A stretch of 64,000 nt of DNA from Desulfobacterales bacterium. Its GTDB lineage: Bacteria > Desulfobacterota > Desulfobacteria > Desulfobacterales > UBA5852. Of this stretch, positions 20,845 to 31,271 are shown one piece after another. The notes beneath the pieces are model-generated. The model ran no database searches. It had not been told where the DNA came from and was given only the letters and a program-made list of their open reading frames with translations. How positions within the stretch are numbered: position 1 is the stretch's first letter; every line of letters starts with the position of its first letter. A program made the position numbers and the translations under genes. The DNA lies in the NCBI GenBank assembly GCA_963674755.2, contig CAXXVS010000001.1, positions 544,001 through 608,000 of the forward strand, in the 5' to 3' direction.

Positions 20845-20903
20845 GCCCCGAGCGGATGATAGGGACCCGCATTGCCATCCCCGGGGGCGAAAGGCGGATC
20901 GCT

Positions 20904-21830
20904 ATGCGTGATTTACTTTCGACGAAAGAAGTGGCCCGGTTTCTGGGTGTCAATGAAAAGATGGTCTATACCCTGGTGGCTGAAAAAGGACTGCCGGCCA
21001 CCAAAATCACCGGCAAATGGCTTTTCCCCCAGAATTTGGTGGAGCAGTGGGTCGAAGCCAACACCATCAACTATCCGGAACCCCAGCGCCATTTGCCGCC
21101 TTATGAGGGGTTGCTGATTGTAGCCGGCAGCAACGATCCCCTTCTGGAGAAGACCCTTTCGCTGTTTAACCGGCGTTATCCCGAGCATATCGCCGTACTG
21201 GGCAATCTGGGGAGTCTCGGCGGATTGCGGGCCCTGCGTCGCAATTTGTGCCACCTGGCCACCAGTCATCTTATCCAGGACAATGAGGCGGACTATAATT
21301 TCGAATATGCCGACCGCGAACTCGAACGTCAGCCGGCGGTGGTCAATTTCTGCCGACGGGAGCAGGGGTTGCTCGTGGCCCGGGGGAATCCCAAAAGCAT
21401 AAGCACGGTGGCCGATTTGGCCCAACCGGGGCTTACCCTGGTCAACCGCCCCAATAGTACCGGAACCCGCCTGCTCCTGGACCGTGAATTGGCCAAGGCC
21501 GGCATCGAGGGTGAGGACATTGCCGGCTATCACCAGACGGTGATGCGCCATCTGGACGTGGGCCTGGAAATCCTGGCCGGGCGGGGCGATGTGGGGCCGG
21601 GCATCCGCGCTGTGGCCGGGATGCTGGGGCTTGATTTCGTGCCCCTGCGCTGGGAGCGCTATGATTTGCTGATCACCAAGGAGCGTTTTTTCGACCCGGG
21701 TGTTCAGCTTTTTCTGGGGTTGCTGCCGGATGAAGAATTCCGGCAGTTGGCGGACACGCTGGAGGGCTACGACGTCTCTGCCAGCGGAAAAATGGTCTAC
21801 CCCAACGGGGAACGGCCACAAACGGATTAG
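20904..21830 (+). CDS. HTH_17 (excisionase-like) + PBP molybdate/tungstate-binding transcriptional regulator (TaoR-like architecture)
   Basis: [11 protein letters not shown]...ITGKWLF HTH; GSNDP, GSLGGL, REQGL, VNR..GTR, ERYDL PBP_like motifs. Confidence 0.88.
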   Translation: MRDLLSTKEVARFLGVNEKMVYTLVAEKGLPATKITGKWLFPQNLVEQWVEANTINYPEPQRHLPPYEGLLIVAGSNDPLLEKTLSLFNRRYPEHIAVLGNLGSLGGLRALRRNLCHLATSHLIQDNEADYNFEYADRELERQPAVVNFCRREQGLLVARGNPKSISTVADLAQPGLTLVNRPNSTGTRLLLDRELAKAGIEGEDIAGYHQTVMRHLDVGLEILAGRGDVGPGIRAVAGMLGLDFVPLRWERYDLLITKERFFDPGVQLFLGLLPDEEFRQLADTLEGYDVSASGKMVYPNGERPQTD

Positions 21831-21843
21831 GAAGGAGACATCC

Positions 21844-22824
21844 ATGGATCGGAAGCGGTGGCATTTTTTAAGCATCATGCTTGTTGGATTGCTGCTGATG
21901 GGTGGGACGGCCGTTACGGCTGCGGCCAAAGACGCGGTTATCGTGTTTCACGCCGGTAGCCTGACGGTGCCCCTGGCTCAGATCGAAAAGGATTTCGAAG
22001 CGTTGCACCCGGATATCGATATCCAGCGCGAGGCCGGCGGCAGTACGAAAATGGCCCGCATGATTTCGGAATTGCACAAACCGGCCGATATTATGGCATC
22101 AGCCGACTACCAAGTTATCGAGAAAACCCTGAGGCCCCGGTATGCCGACTGGAATATCCGCTTTGCCACCAACCGCCTGGTGCTCTGCTATACCCCCCAG
22201 AGCCGTTACGCCGATGAACTGACCGCCGATAATTGGTATGAGATTCTGGCCCGCAAGGGCGTAGTCTGGGGGCATTCCGATCCGAACCTGGATCCCTGCG
22301 GGTACCGCAGCCTGATGGTCCTGCAGCTGGCCGAGCTGTTCTACAACCAGCCGGGGCTCTACGACCGTCTGCTGGCCAACCGGCCGGAGGCCAATGTGCG
22401 GCCCAAGTCGGTGGAGCTGGTGTCGCTGCTTAAAACCGGGCATATGGATTATGCTTGGGAATACCGTTCCGTGGCCGTCCAGCATGGGTTGAACTTCCTG
22501 GAACTTGATGACCACATCAATCTTGGCAATTATGCGTATGACGATTATTACCGCCAGGCCCAGGTCAAGGTTACCGGCAAAAAGCCCGGCAGCTGGATAA
22601 CCCGCACCGGCAAAAGCTGCACCTACGGTATCACCATGATCAAGGACGGCCCCAATCCAGACGGGGCGGCCCTTTTCATGGCCTATCTGCTGGATCCGGA
22701 AGGCGGCTTGAAAGTCCTGGACGCCATGGGGCAACCGCCCTTCATTCCCTGCCGGGTGGCTTCGGAAACTGAAAAGCAAGCCTTGCCTGATTCGCTGCAA
22801 CCGCTGGTTGCCATTGCGCCCTAA
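21844..22824 (+). CDS. wtpA: Tungstate/molybdate ABC transporter substrate-binding protein
   Basis: [31 protein letters not shown] WtpA-type motifs; signal peptide; RBS AAGGAG. Confidence 0.9.
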   Translation: MDRKRWHFLSIMLVGLLLMGGTAVTAAAKDAVIVFHAGSLTVPLAQIEKDFEALHPDIDIQREAGGSTKMARMISELHKPADIMASADYQVIEKTLRPRYADWNIRFATNRLVLCYTPQSRYADELTADNWYEILARKGVVWGHSDPNLDPCGYRSLMVLQLAELFYNQPGLYDRLLANRPEANVRPKSVELVSLLKTGHMDYAWEYRSVAVQHGLNFLELDDHINLGNYAYDDYYRQAQVKVTGKKPGSWITRTGKSCTYGITMIKDGPNPDGAALFMAYLLDPEGGLKVLDAMGQPPFIPCRVASETEKQALPDSLQPLVAIAP

Positions 22825-22906
22825 TGAATCCCGCTGATGACGCTCCTGCCGGTGGGCGCCGGATAGCGCATCCCGGCCGGGGCGGGCGGTCGATTTCGCT
22901 ACCACC

Positions 22907-23742
22907 ATGCCACCCATGAATGCGTCCTTGCATAGCAGCCCCCCATCGGCCGGCGGCCGTCTGGCGATCGATCCCTTTTGGGGTCTTGCCCTGGCCGCCA
23001 CCACCGTGATCACTGCGTTCATTCTGCTTCCGCTGGTGGAAATGGTGGTCCAGCCCTCCTGGCAGGACCTGCTCGATTCCTGGCGCGATCCCGATGTCGT
23101 GCGGGCCATCGGAATGAGCCTTTATACCGCCGGCGCGGCGGCCTTGATTTCCTTCGTCTTCGGCACCCCGTTTGCCTACCTTCTGGCCCGCAAATCCTTC
23201 CCGGCAAGCGCCTGGTGGAAAGCGTGGTGGACCTGCCCATTATGATCCCCCATCCGGTGGTGGGCATTGCCTTGCTGAGTCTGGCCGGTCGCCATCACTG
23301 GTTCGGACGCATCCTGGAAGCGCTCAACATCCAGATCATGGGCACCGTCACCGGGATCGTCAGCGTTCTGACCTTCGTCGGACTGCCCTTTTACATCAAT
23401 GCCGTCAAAACCGGATTCGAGTCGATTCCGCCGCGTCTGGAGACGGTTTCCCGCAGCCTGGGGGCCTCGTTTTCAGCAACCTTTATGCGGGTCACCTTTC
23501 CCCTGGCCTGGCGCAGCATGCTGGTGGGGCTGATCATGTGCATGGCGCGTGCGGTGAGTGAATTCGGGGCCGTCGTGATCGTGGCCTATCATCCCATGGT
23601 GGCTTCGGTGATGATCTATGAGCGGTTTACCGCATACGGACTGAAGTATTCCCAGCCGGTGGCGGTGGGATTGATTCTGGTCTGCCTGGTGTTTTTCCTG
23701 CTTCTGCGCTGGGTGTCGCCCCGGAAGGCGTCCATCCCATGA
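22907..23742 (+). pseudogene. wtpB: Tungstate ABC permease, split by a 1-nt frameshift near 23200
   Basis: Frame 1 ends ...FAYLLARKSF, frame 2 continues PGKRLVESVVDLPIMIPHPVVG...; adding one base at TTCCCGGCAAG joins them. Confidence 0.8.
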
Positions 23743-24800
23743 TACGGGTGGAGGACTTGACCGTCGCGCTGCCCGGCTTTGCCCTGACGGACATCCAGTT
23801 GCATGTGGCACCCGGCGAGGCCTTTGCCCTGCTCGGGCCCACGGGCGCCGGCAAGACCCTTTTGCTGGAAGCCATTATGGGGGTCGTACCGGTGCAACGG
23901 GGCCGGATCCTGGTCGCGGGCCGTGACGTGACCGGGTTGCCCCCCGAGCGGCGCCGCATCGGGATCGTCTACCAGGATCACGCCCTGTTTCCCCATCTGA
24001 ACGTGGCGGAAAACATCGTCTATGGGCAACGCTATTGTGCCGGCCCGCTTCCGGACCTGGACGCCCTGATCCAGCGTCTCGGCCTGGAGCGCCTTCTGGC
24101 ACGCCGCATCCATTCCCTGAGCGGCGGCGAAAAACAGCGCGTGGCCCTGGCGCGTTCCCTGGCCGTGGCGCCTTCGGTCCTGCTATTGGACGAGCCGCTG
24201 ACCGCGCTGGATCCGAATTTCCGCGAAGATCTTCGCGATCTGATCAAAACCCTGCATCAGGACACCGGCATTACGCTGCTGATGGTGACCCACGATTTCG
24301 CGGAGGCCCATTTCCTGGCCCAGCGCACGGCGATCATGCATAGCGGACGTATCGAACAAACCGGATCCCTGGAGGCGGTTTTTGCACATCCGGAAACCCC
24401 CTTCGTGGCGGGTTTCGTCGGCATGAAAAATCTGTTTTCGGCGGAAATTGACGGGGATGCGGTGAAAATCGGCAACCTTCGGCTGCGGTGCCGCAACCCG
24501 GGCGGCGGGTTTCGTTCGATTGCCGTACGGCCGGAAAATGTGGGTGTCAGCCGGCAACCCAAGGACGCCCCCGGGGTCAACCATTTGACCGGCCGCCTGC
24601 GCCGCGTTTTGAACCGCGGCTTTTATGCGGATATCCTGGTTGACGTGGACGGCGTGTCCTGGCATGCCATCGACAGCCGCCGTGACCTGGGCCGCTCGGC
24701 CGTGACCCACGGCGAGACGGTTTATCTAACGATCGCCCCCGAAGATATCCATTTGATTCGCGATGGTTGCGATGGGGGGACGCAAAAAGCGGGAAGATAG
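23739..24800 (+). CDS. wtpC: Tungstate/molybdate ABC transporter ATPase with TOBE domain
   Basis: GPTGAGKT, LSGGEKQR, LLLDEP, VTHD; C-terminal TOBE-like region. Confidence 0.88.
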   Translation: MIRVEDLTVALPGFALTDIQLHVAPGEAFALLGPTGAGKTLLLEAIMGVVPVQRGRILVAGRDVTGLPPERRRIGIVYQDHALFPHLNVAENIVYGQRYCAGPLPDLDALIQRLGLERLLARRIHSLSGGEKQRVALARSLAVAPSVLLLDEPLTALDPNFREDLRDLIKTLHQDTGITLLMVTHDFAEAHFLAQRTAIMHSGRIEQTGSLEAVFAHPETPFVAGFVGMKNLFSAEIDGDAVKIGNLRLRCRNPGGGFRSIAVRPENVGVSRQPKDAPGVNHLTGRLRRVLNRGFYADILVDVDGVSWHAIDSRRDLGRSAVTHGETVYLTIAPEDIHLIRDGCDGGTQKAGR

Positions 24801-24874
24801 ACCCGGCATGGGGAACAGGCGTCGTTTGATCCCTATCGCTTGCGGCCAGAATCCAGGCTTATCAGACTTGCGTA

Positions 24875-25219
24875 CTAATTTCCGGTGGGATTCGTCGGAG
24901 TATTATCCAACTTGAGCTGGTCAGCCGGAATATTTTTGTGCTGATTGGCGATTTTGTGCTGGTTAGCCGGGATATTTTTGTGTTGGTTGGCCACCTTGTG
25001 CTGGTTGGCGTCAAGGATTTTATGCTGGTTGGATACGACATCGCCTGTTGTCGCCGGGCTGGTGATGGTGGCTTTTTCGCCGGCCATAACATCGCCCACA
25101 TTGACTCCGAGGGAAGCGCCCAGGGAAGCCACGACCGTTGCGATACCAATGGTCTTTTTTAGGGAACGGATGCCCGGTTTGCGATCGTTGTGTTGCTTAG
25201 CGGTCGATTTGGCCTTCAT
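24875..25219 (-). CDS. Small exported-looking protein with tandem NQHK repeats (candidate precursor peptide)
   Basis: RBS GGGAGGG, basic N-region, hydrophobic segment ending VMA, six (S/A)(N/D)Q(H/L)K units with synonymous codon variation. Confidence 0.85.
   Translation of the reverse strand: MKAKSTAKQHNDRKPGIRSLKKTIGIATVVASLGASLGVNVGDVMAGEKATITSPATTGDVVSNQHKILDANQHKVANQHKNIPANQHKIANQHKNIPADQLKLDNTPTNPTGN
24911..25033 (-). repeat. Coding tandem repeat: SNQHK, 4 x ANQHK, ADQLK
   Basis: Read directly; 18-24 nt units differing mainly at third codon positions. Confidence 0.9.
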
Positions 25220-25916
25220 TTTTCCCTCCCTTCATGGAATGGCCGGCCCAGTCTTCGATGGCCCGGATGTGGATTACAAGTTCATTTTCTATCGTTAGGG
25301 GCCGGGCGATTTGTTCTCTTTTGCAAAAGTCTGATACCGCCCGGTCGACATCCCGGAGGATATCGTAAGGTTCCGCCGCCGCACAAGAAGGCTTGGCCAA
25401 GGCATTGGCCATCGCCTGGTGGTTGGCCACATCTTTTTGCAATATATCGCATAACTTCCAAAAAAGCTGCAAGTATTTATCGGCCGCCGCCATAAACGGA
25501 TGGGCCCTCTGGGCGTCGAGATAATCGCAGACCGTGGCGTCCGTTCCATAAACGCCCCGGCAGGCCGGGTCCGGTTCGAATTCGGAAAAGGACTCCTGCA
25601 AGGTCGGTGTAACGTGTCGCCCAAGGGGGTAGAGACGGCAGACCAGGGGGCGGTCCTTATGGACCATGCACCCCCGGGAACCGAGAAATAAGCAGCGTCC
25701 CTCGGCGTCCCAGGTCAGGCAGGTTCCGGCTTCGGTCGTATAGCGCTTGATAAAATCAGACGTAGACAGCCCGCGGTTGCGGGCCAGACGGGTGATTTCA
25801 TAGGGATTGACCTGGATCTTTTTGTTGCGGCAGCAGGTCCGGCAGCGCCGGCATGCGAAGGAGAAAGGCGTTTCCCGATCGAGATTGACCCTGCGTTGGC
25901 GCATATCCATGCTCAT
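25197..25916 (-). CDS. YkgJ family CxxCxxCC cysteine-cluster protein
   Basis: FSFACRRCRTCC...CLFL...CMVHKDRPLVCRLYP, plus an ~110-aa C-terminal helical extension. Confidence 0.88.
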   Translation of the reverse strand: MSMDMRQRRVNLDRETPFSFACRRCRTCCRNKKIQVNPYEITRLARNRGLSTSDFIKRYTTEAGTCLTWDAEGRCLFLGSRGCMVHKDRPLVCRLYPLGRHVTPTLQESFSEFEPDPACRGVYGTDATVCDYLDAQRAHPFMAAADKYLQLFWKLCDILQKDVANHQAMANALAKPSCAAAEPYDILRDVDRAVSDFCKREQIARPLTIENELVIHIRAIEDWAGHSMKGGKNEGQIDR

Positions 25917-25990
25917 CCATCCAAGGCATTTTGCGGCCCCGGTCGGAACAAAGATCGACCACCCTGGGACAGATACAATCTAACCGCCCA

Positions 25991-27157
25991 TTAGGGCCGA
26001 TAGCGGCGGGGCACCCGGGTGGTGTTAGTGAACAGTACCTCGTAATTGATGGTACCGAGCAGGTCCGCGACCTCATCGGCGCTGATTTCGGCTTTGCCCT
26101 GACGGCCGATGAGTACGACTTCATCCCCGGCCTGAGCGCTTGCTTGCGGGCCCAGGTCCAGCATGATCAAATCCATGCAAACCCGCCCTACCATGGGGAC
26201 CCGTCGTCCCCCCACCAGCATAACGCCCCGGTTGGATAGGCGGCGCGAGATGCCGTCGGCGTAACCGGCCGCCACGGTGCCGATCACGGTGGGCCGGGGG
26301 GCCTCCCAGGTCATCCCGTAGCTGACCTTGGTCCCTGCCGGCACCGTCTTGACCTGCAACAGGCGTGCTTTCAAGGTAAGGGCCGGGTGGAGGGCGATCC
26401 GGTTATGGTCCACATCCCGGGAAGGATAGAGCCCGTAGAGGGCGATGCCGGGCCGCACCGCATCCAGATGGGCCTGGGGCAGATCGATGAGGGCCGCGCT
26501 GTTGGCGGCGTGGCGCAGGCCGCAAGCGATGCCGGCCGCCTTCAGGGCCTGCAGAAAATCTTGGAACACCTGGAACTGGCGGTCGGCATAGGCTTTATCC
26601 TTTTCATCGGCGGCCGCAAAATGGGTGTAGATGCCCTCCAGGCGCAGCCCCGGCAGGCGGCTGATGGCGGTGGCCTCAGATACGGCCGACAGGGAAGCGT
26701 CCCTCCGCAGCGCATCCGGAAGCAGCCCCAGGCGGCCCATGCCCGAATCGAATTTGAGATGGATGGGGATGGCCTTGCCCCGGCGTTGGGCCACCGCCTC
26801 CAGCTGTCGGGCGGCTTCCAGCCCGCCCACACTCGGGATCAGGTCGTGGGCGATCAGGTCTTCGGCCGCGGCAGGGAGGGTGTGGCCAAAGACGAGAATG
26901 GGCGCTTTAATCCCTGCCCTGCGAAGGGTAATCCCCTCGTCCAGGCGGGCCACGGCCAGCATCGCCGCTCCGGCTTCCAGCACGGTGCGGGCGACTTCCA
27001 CAGCCCCGTGACCGTAAGCGTCGGCCTTGACCACGGCGATCATCCGGGCCAGGGCCCGGGTGATGCGCCGCAGTTCATGCACATTGTGCGCGATGGCCTT
27101 CAGATCGATCTCGGCCCAGATGGGCGGGCCATCCATTATCCTATCGCTTCCGGCCAT
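25991..27157 (-). CDS. alr: Alanine racemase
   Basis: AVVKADAYGHG PLP lysine, DSGMGRLG, VRPGIALYG, GYADG, GRVCMD, TINYE. Confidence 0.97.
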   Translation of the reverse strand: MAGSDRIMDGPPIWAEIDLKAIAHNVHELRRITRALARMIAVVKADAYGHGAVEVARTVLEAGAAMLAVARLDEGITLRRAGIKAPILVFGHTLPAAAEDLIAHDLIPSVGGLEAARQLEAVAQRRGKAIPIHLKFDSGMGRLGLLPDALRRDASLSAVSEATAISRLPGLRLEGIYTHFAAADEKDKAYADRQFQVFQDFLQALKAAGIACGLRHAANSAALIDLPQAHLDAVRPGIALYGLYPSRDVDHNRIALHPALTLKARLLQVKTVPAGTKVSYGMTWEAPRPTVIGTVAAGYADGISRRLSNRGVMLVGGRRVPMVGRVCMDLIMLDLGPQASAQAGDEVVLIGRQGKAEISADEVADLLGTINYEVLFTNTTRVPRRYRP

Positions 27158-27202
27158 GGGTGCTCTTCTGATCTGCGCTCATGGTTCAAGGGGTTCCGCC
27201 GA

Positions 27203-28453
27203 CTACAACATCTCCAGCACACAGGCCATGGAGACCCCGCCGCCCCCGCACAGGGTGGCCATGCCCAGAGTCTTGTTGCGTTGTTTGAGGGCATGCAGCA
27301 GGGTGACCATGATGCGGGCCCCCGTGGCCCCCACGGGGTGTCCCAGTCCGATGCCCGAGCCGTTGACGTTGGTGATCTCGCGATTCAGCCCCAGTTCGAT
27401 TTCGCAGCCGAGATACTGGGCGGCAAAGGCTTCGTTGACCTCGATCAATTCGAAGTCCTCCAAGCCGATCCCCGAGCGTTCCATCAGGTTCCGCACGGCC
27501 GGAACCGGGGAGAGGCCCATCACGGACGGGTGGCAGGCGCCCATCCCCACGGCCTTGATGCGCGCCAGCGGGGTGAGACCCAATTCCCGGGCCTTGTCGG
27601 CGGACATGATCACCATGGCGGCCGAGCCGTCGTTGAGTCCGCTGGAGTTGCCGGCGGTGACCTTGCCGATTTCGGGAACGAAGGCCGGCGGCAGTTTGCT
27701 GAGGTCCGCCATGGTCATGCCCGGCCGGTAATGCTCGTCGCGGTCGAACACCAACGGGTCTTTTTTGCGGCGGGGCACCTCAATGGCAACGATCTCCTCT
27801 TCAAAATCCCCTTCCCGGGTGGCCCGTTCGGCGTTGTTGTGGCTGCGCAGGGCGACTTCATCCATGGCTTCCCGGCTGATGCCGTAGTGCTGGGCGATGA
27901 ATTCCGCCGTATGGCCCATAATGTAGGGCTTGCCCTTGAAATAACTCAAAGGCGGTTTTTCCGCATCCACCGGGCCGTCTTCAGGATGGGGGATCACATG
28001 GGACCCGCAGTGCAGGGCCCGTATCATGCGATCCACGAAGACCTGGTCCTGCAGCCGGCAGCCCCAGCGGGCTTTTTCCACGGTATAGGGGGCGCCCGAC
28101 ATATGTTCCACCCCGCCGGCCAGCACGATATCCACCAGTCCGGCCTGAATCATGGCCATGCCTGAGAGGGTGGCTTCCATGCCGGAAATGCAGACCCGGT
28201 TGATGGTGACGGCCGGCACGCTGTCCGGGATGCCCGCCAGCAGCGCGGCAATGCGGGTTACATTCAGGGTATCGGTGGGCTCGAGACAGCAGCCGTAGCG
28301 AACGTCACCGATCAGGGCAGGATCGATCCCGGCTCGGCGAATCGCTTCTTTCATGGTGGTGGCCGCGATGGTGGCCCCGTTGACATCCCTCAGGGTGCCC
28401 CCGAAGGTGCCGATGGCCGTACGGCAGGCCGATACGATGACAACATCTTTCAT
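27203..28453 (-). CDS. Acetyl-CoA C-acetyltransferase (thiolase)
   Basis: NRVCISG, NEAFA, GHPVGATG, LCGGGG; RBS AAGGAG. Confidence 0.95.
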   Translation of the reverse strand: MKDVVIVSACRTAIGTFGGTLRDVNGATIAATTMKEAIRRAGIDPALIGDVRYGCCLEPTDTLNVTRIAALLAGIPDSVPAVTINRVCISGMEATLSGMAMIQAGLVDIVLAGGVEHMSGAPYTVEKARWGCRLQDQVFVDRMIRALHCGSHVIPHPEDGPVDAEKPPLSYFKGKPYIMGHTAEFIAQHYGISREAMDEVALRSHNNAERATREGDFEEEIVAIEVPRRKKDPLVFDRDEHYRPGMTMADLSKLPPAFVPEIGKVTAGNSSGLNDGSAAMVIMSADKARELGLTPLARIKAVGMGACHPSVMGLSPVPAVRNLMERSGIGLEDFELIEVNEAFAAQYLGCEIELGLNREITNVNGSGIGLGHPVGATGARIMVTLLHALKQRNKTLGMATLCGGGGVSMACVLEML

Positions 28454-28546
28454 CAAAAACTCCTTTCAAATGGTCCGTCATTTCGGGGCCGGCGCTTTAA
28501 GGCGGGGCCGGTCCGGCATCATGGTCGCTTTATGCGGGGGCGTCCG

Positions 28547-30397
28547 TCAGCCCCCAAAGGAGGATTCGGCCGCGTCCAGAATGGCAGCGGCATCGCCGTC
28601 TAAAATGGCGTTGATCTTGCCTTCCGTCACCGGCAGCTGGCTGCGGATAAAATAGGTGGCGGCCCTGATCTGGCCGTCGTAGAAGGCGGCTTCCTTGTTA
28701 GCGGCAATGCGGCCGGCCGGATCTTCGGTGTCACCCAGCAGTTCCGCCAGGCGGGGCTGGGCCACGGCGGCCCGCCAGAGCAGCATCCAGGCCATGATGA
28801 TATCGCCGGTGACATCCAGGAAGGGCTGCGCCTGGGTGAAGGCGATTTTAACCGCCGGGCTCATGGCCTTCTTGCCCATGAAAATGGCGGTCTCGCCATA
28901 GCGGTTGAGAAGCTGCTCCAGACGGCCGCAAAGGCCCTGCAGGGCGGGCATCGTTTCCGCCGTCTGGATGGTGCGGCGGATCTCCTGCAGAAATTGCATA
29001 AACACTTCACCTCTTTTAAGGCCCAGTTTACGGCCCAGCAGATCCATGGCCTGGATGCCGTTGGTGCCCTCATAGATGGTGGCGATCTTGCAGTCCCGCA
29101 TGAGTTGTTCCACCGGATATTCACGGGTATAGCCGTAACCGCCGAAGACGTTCATGGCCATGTCGCAGACCTCCATGCCGCGATCGGAGCAGTAGGCTTT
29201 CACCACCGGTGTCAGAAAGTCGATGAGCCCTTTGTACTTTTCCTTTTCATCGCCGTCGCGCGCGGTGGCTTCCAGGTCGAAGAGATAGGCCACATAAAAG
29301 GTGAAGCTGCGCATGCCGTCCACCAGGGCTTTCATGCGCATCAGTTGGCGGCGGATGTCGGGATGGCGGATGATGGGAACACCGCCTGCCTCGGGGGTGC
29401 GGGCTTCGGACAAATCGCGTCCCTGGATGCGCTGCTTGGCATATTCCGCGGCATGCAGGTAGGCCGAAGAGCCGTGCAGGTAGCCCTGCTGGCCGACACC
29501 AAGGCGGGCTTCATTCATCATGTGGAACATGATCGCCATGCCCCGGTTGGCCTCCCCCAGGAGCAGGCCCCGGCAGGTTCCGCGCGACCCCAGGGCCATA
29601 CTGCAAGTAGGGCTGCCGTGGATGCCCATTTTTTCTTCGATGCCGGTGCACATGATGTCGTTGGGTTCTCCCAGGGATCCGTCTTCGTTGACCCAGTGCT
29701 TGGGCACCAGGAAGATGGAGATGCCCTTGGTGCCGGCCGGAGCCCCTTCGATGCGTGCCAGGACCGGATGGATGATGTTCGCGGTGACATCGTGGTCCCC
29801 GCAGGTGATGAAGATCTTGTTGCCGGTAATGCTGTAGGTGCCGTCCGGATTGGGCCGGGCCGTGGTGGTGAGGGCGCCCACATCGGAGCCGGCCTCCGGT
29901 TCGGTGAGCAGCATGGTGCCGGCCCATTCGCCGGAGTAGACTTTTTTCAGAAACAGCTTTTTCTGCGCTTCGGTGCCGAAGAGTTCAATCATCTTGCCGG
30001 TGCCGTGGGCCAGAATGCCGAAGGCCGCAAAGGCGAAATTGGCGCCCACGATATACTCCCGAGCGGCCTGGGCCACGACCTGAGGCAGCCCCTGGCCGCC
30101 CATAGCGGGATCTTCTTCCATGGCGATCCATTCGCCGTCGACATAGTATTTATAGGGCCGATAGAAGCAGGCCGGCACCTTGACCTGGCCGTTTTCAAAA
30201 GCGACGCCGGTGCGGTCGCCTTCCACATAGGTGGGGAGGATTTCGTTGATGCCCAGACGGCGGGCTTCCGTTATCACCATATCGGTCAATTTACGGTTGA
30301 GGTCATGGTAGCGCTCGGTTTCGAAAAGGGCTTCGATTCCCAGTTGCTCGAATAAGACAAAATCGATATCCCGACGGTCGGCAATGCGTTGGGCCAT
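28547..30397 (-). CDS. Acyl-CoA dehydrogenase (long, ~600-aa type)
   Basis: LTEPEAGSDVG, GNKIFIT, EEKMGIHGS, MMNEARL, FGGYGY, IYEGTNGIQAMDL; start at MAQRIADRRD. Confidence 0.94.
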   Translation of the reverse strand: MAQRIADRRDIDFVLFEQLGIEALFETERYHDLNRKLTDMVITEARRLGINEILPTYVEGDRTGVAFENGQVKVPACFYRPYKYYVDGEWIAMEEDPAMGGQGLPQVVAQAAREYIVGANFAFAAFGILAHGTGKMIELFGTEAQKKLFLKKVYSGEWAGTMLLTEPEAGSDVGALTTTARPNPDGTYSITGNKIFITCGDHDVTANIIHPVLARIEGAPAGTKGISIFLVPKHWVNEDGSLGEPNDIMCTGIEEKMGIHGSPTCSMALGSRGTCRGLLLGEANRGMAIMFHMMNEARLGVGQQGYLHGSSAYLHAAEYAKQRIQGRDLSEARTPEAGGVPIIRHPDIRRQLMRMKALVDGMRSFTFYVAYLFDLEATARDGDEKEKYKGLIDFLTPVVKAYCSDRGMEVCDMAMNVFGGYGYTREYPVEQLMRDCKIATIYEGTNGIQAMDLLGRKLGLKRGEVFMQFLQEIRRTIQTAETMPALQGLCGRLEQLLNRYGETAIFMGKKAMSPAVKIAFTQAQPFLDVTGDIIMAWMLLWRAAVAQPRLAELLGDTEDPAGRIAANKEAAFYDGQIRAATYFIRSQLPVTEGKINAILDGDAAAILDAAESSFGG

Positions 30398-31108
30398 AAC
30401 GGGGCTCCTTGTTTCACGGGCGGCGGCACGCGTCACCGCTGTGGAATGGGGTTGGCGCTGCCGTGGCGGCAGCCGGCTGGGTTCCTGTATTATGACATTG
30501 GGCGGCCGACGGCAAGGCCCGGGTCGCCGGATAATCGTCAGCGCGGCCCAAGCGCCGGTGGCCGGTCGGTGTGTGCCCGCTGGCACGGCGTACGCGGTCG
30601 GCGCTGGAAGCGTGTGATAAAAGATGCGGGGGGCAGGTGTAAAGCGACGCCGGCGTCGGTCGGCCGGGGTACCCCGCTCGGTTGGATGCCGCTGCCGCGG
30701 AGCCGGTCCGGCAATCTGCCTGCCGTTCAAACGGATTCGGCAGGCGCTCTCGCGAAGGCGTTATTTTCGTCCTGGTGAAAGCCTTGTGGAAGTAGGATCT
30801 CCATCGGAAAAGATGCACGCTCTTCCGGGAGACGCCTGCCGAAACTCGGGGGGCAACGTACGCTGATGGCGCAAGGGTCCCGCTCTCACGATATGGGAGG
30901 ACAAAGGGCAACAGGGCGATTTTGTGCTTTCCGGTGCGTGGCGGTGCGGTCTCGGGCAGCATTCGGGCGATTGAAAGATACCATATGCAAAACAGGTCCT
31001 GCTTGTCAAAGCAAAAACGGGCGATGTTCGTACCCGCACTTTGAATTCGGTTTCAAACGAAAAAGATCGATTCGCAAAGACAGCGGCCGGCATGTCGGGA
31101 CCGGCCGG

Positions 31109-31137
31109 TTGACATTCACGGGCCGCCCCATTATGTT
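31109..31137 (+). promoter_or_regulatory. Putative sigma70 promoter of the sucrose operon
   Basis: TTGACA-N17-TATGTT, followed by TTAGAGCA direct repeats at 31150 and 31168. Confidence 0.5.
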
Positions 31138-31271
31138 TCTTTTCGATACTTAGAGCACAAAATAATATTAGAGCAAAGTTTGGGTCGGCATGCCTAAAAA
31201 CTCCCATTGCCCATATTCTTTAAGGCCACCTTGCGCAGTTTAATCTATTTGTTCCCAAAAGGACATTTGGT

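Noticed and set aside
24911..25033. NQHK repeat region as a CRISPR array
   Set aside because: Units are 18-24 nt, in frame, vary at wobble positions and have no unique spacers; no cas genes
30581..30596. TGGCAC-N5-ACGC as a sigma54 promoter
   Set aside because: Poor -12 element and no nearby gene in that orientation
28547..30730. Long N-terminal extensions in ORF-track calls (also recD2 5307, sps 31939, cobA 58476, wtpA 21700)
   Set aside because: The extensions are low-complexity or overlap neighbouring genes; downstream starts match family N-termini and, in several cases, an RBS
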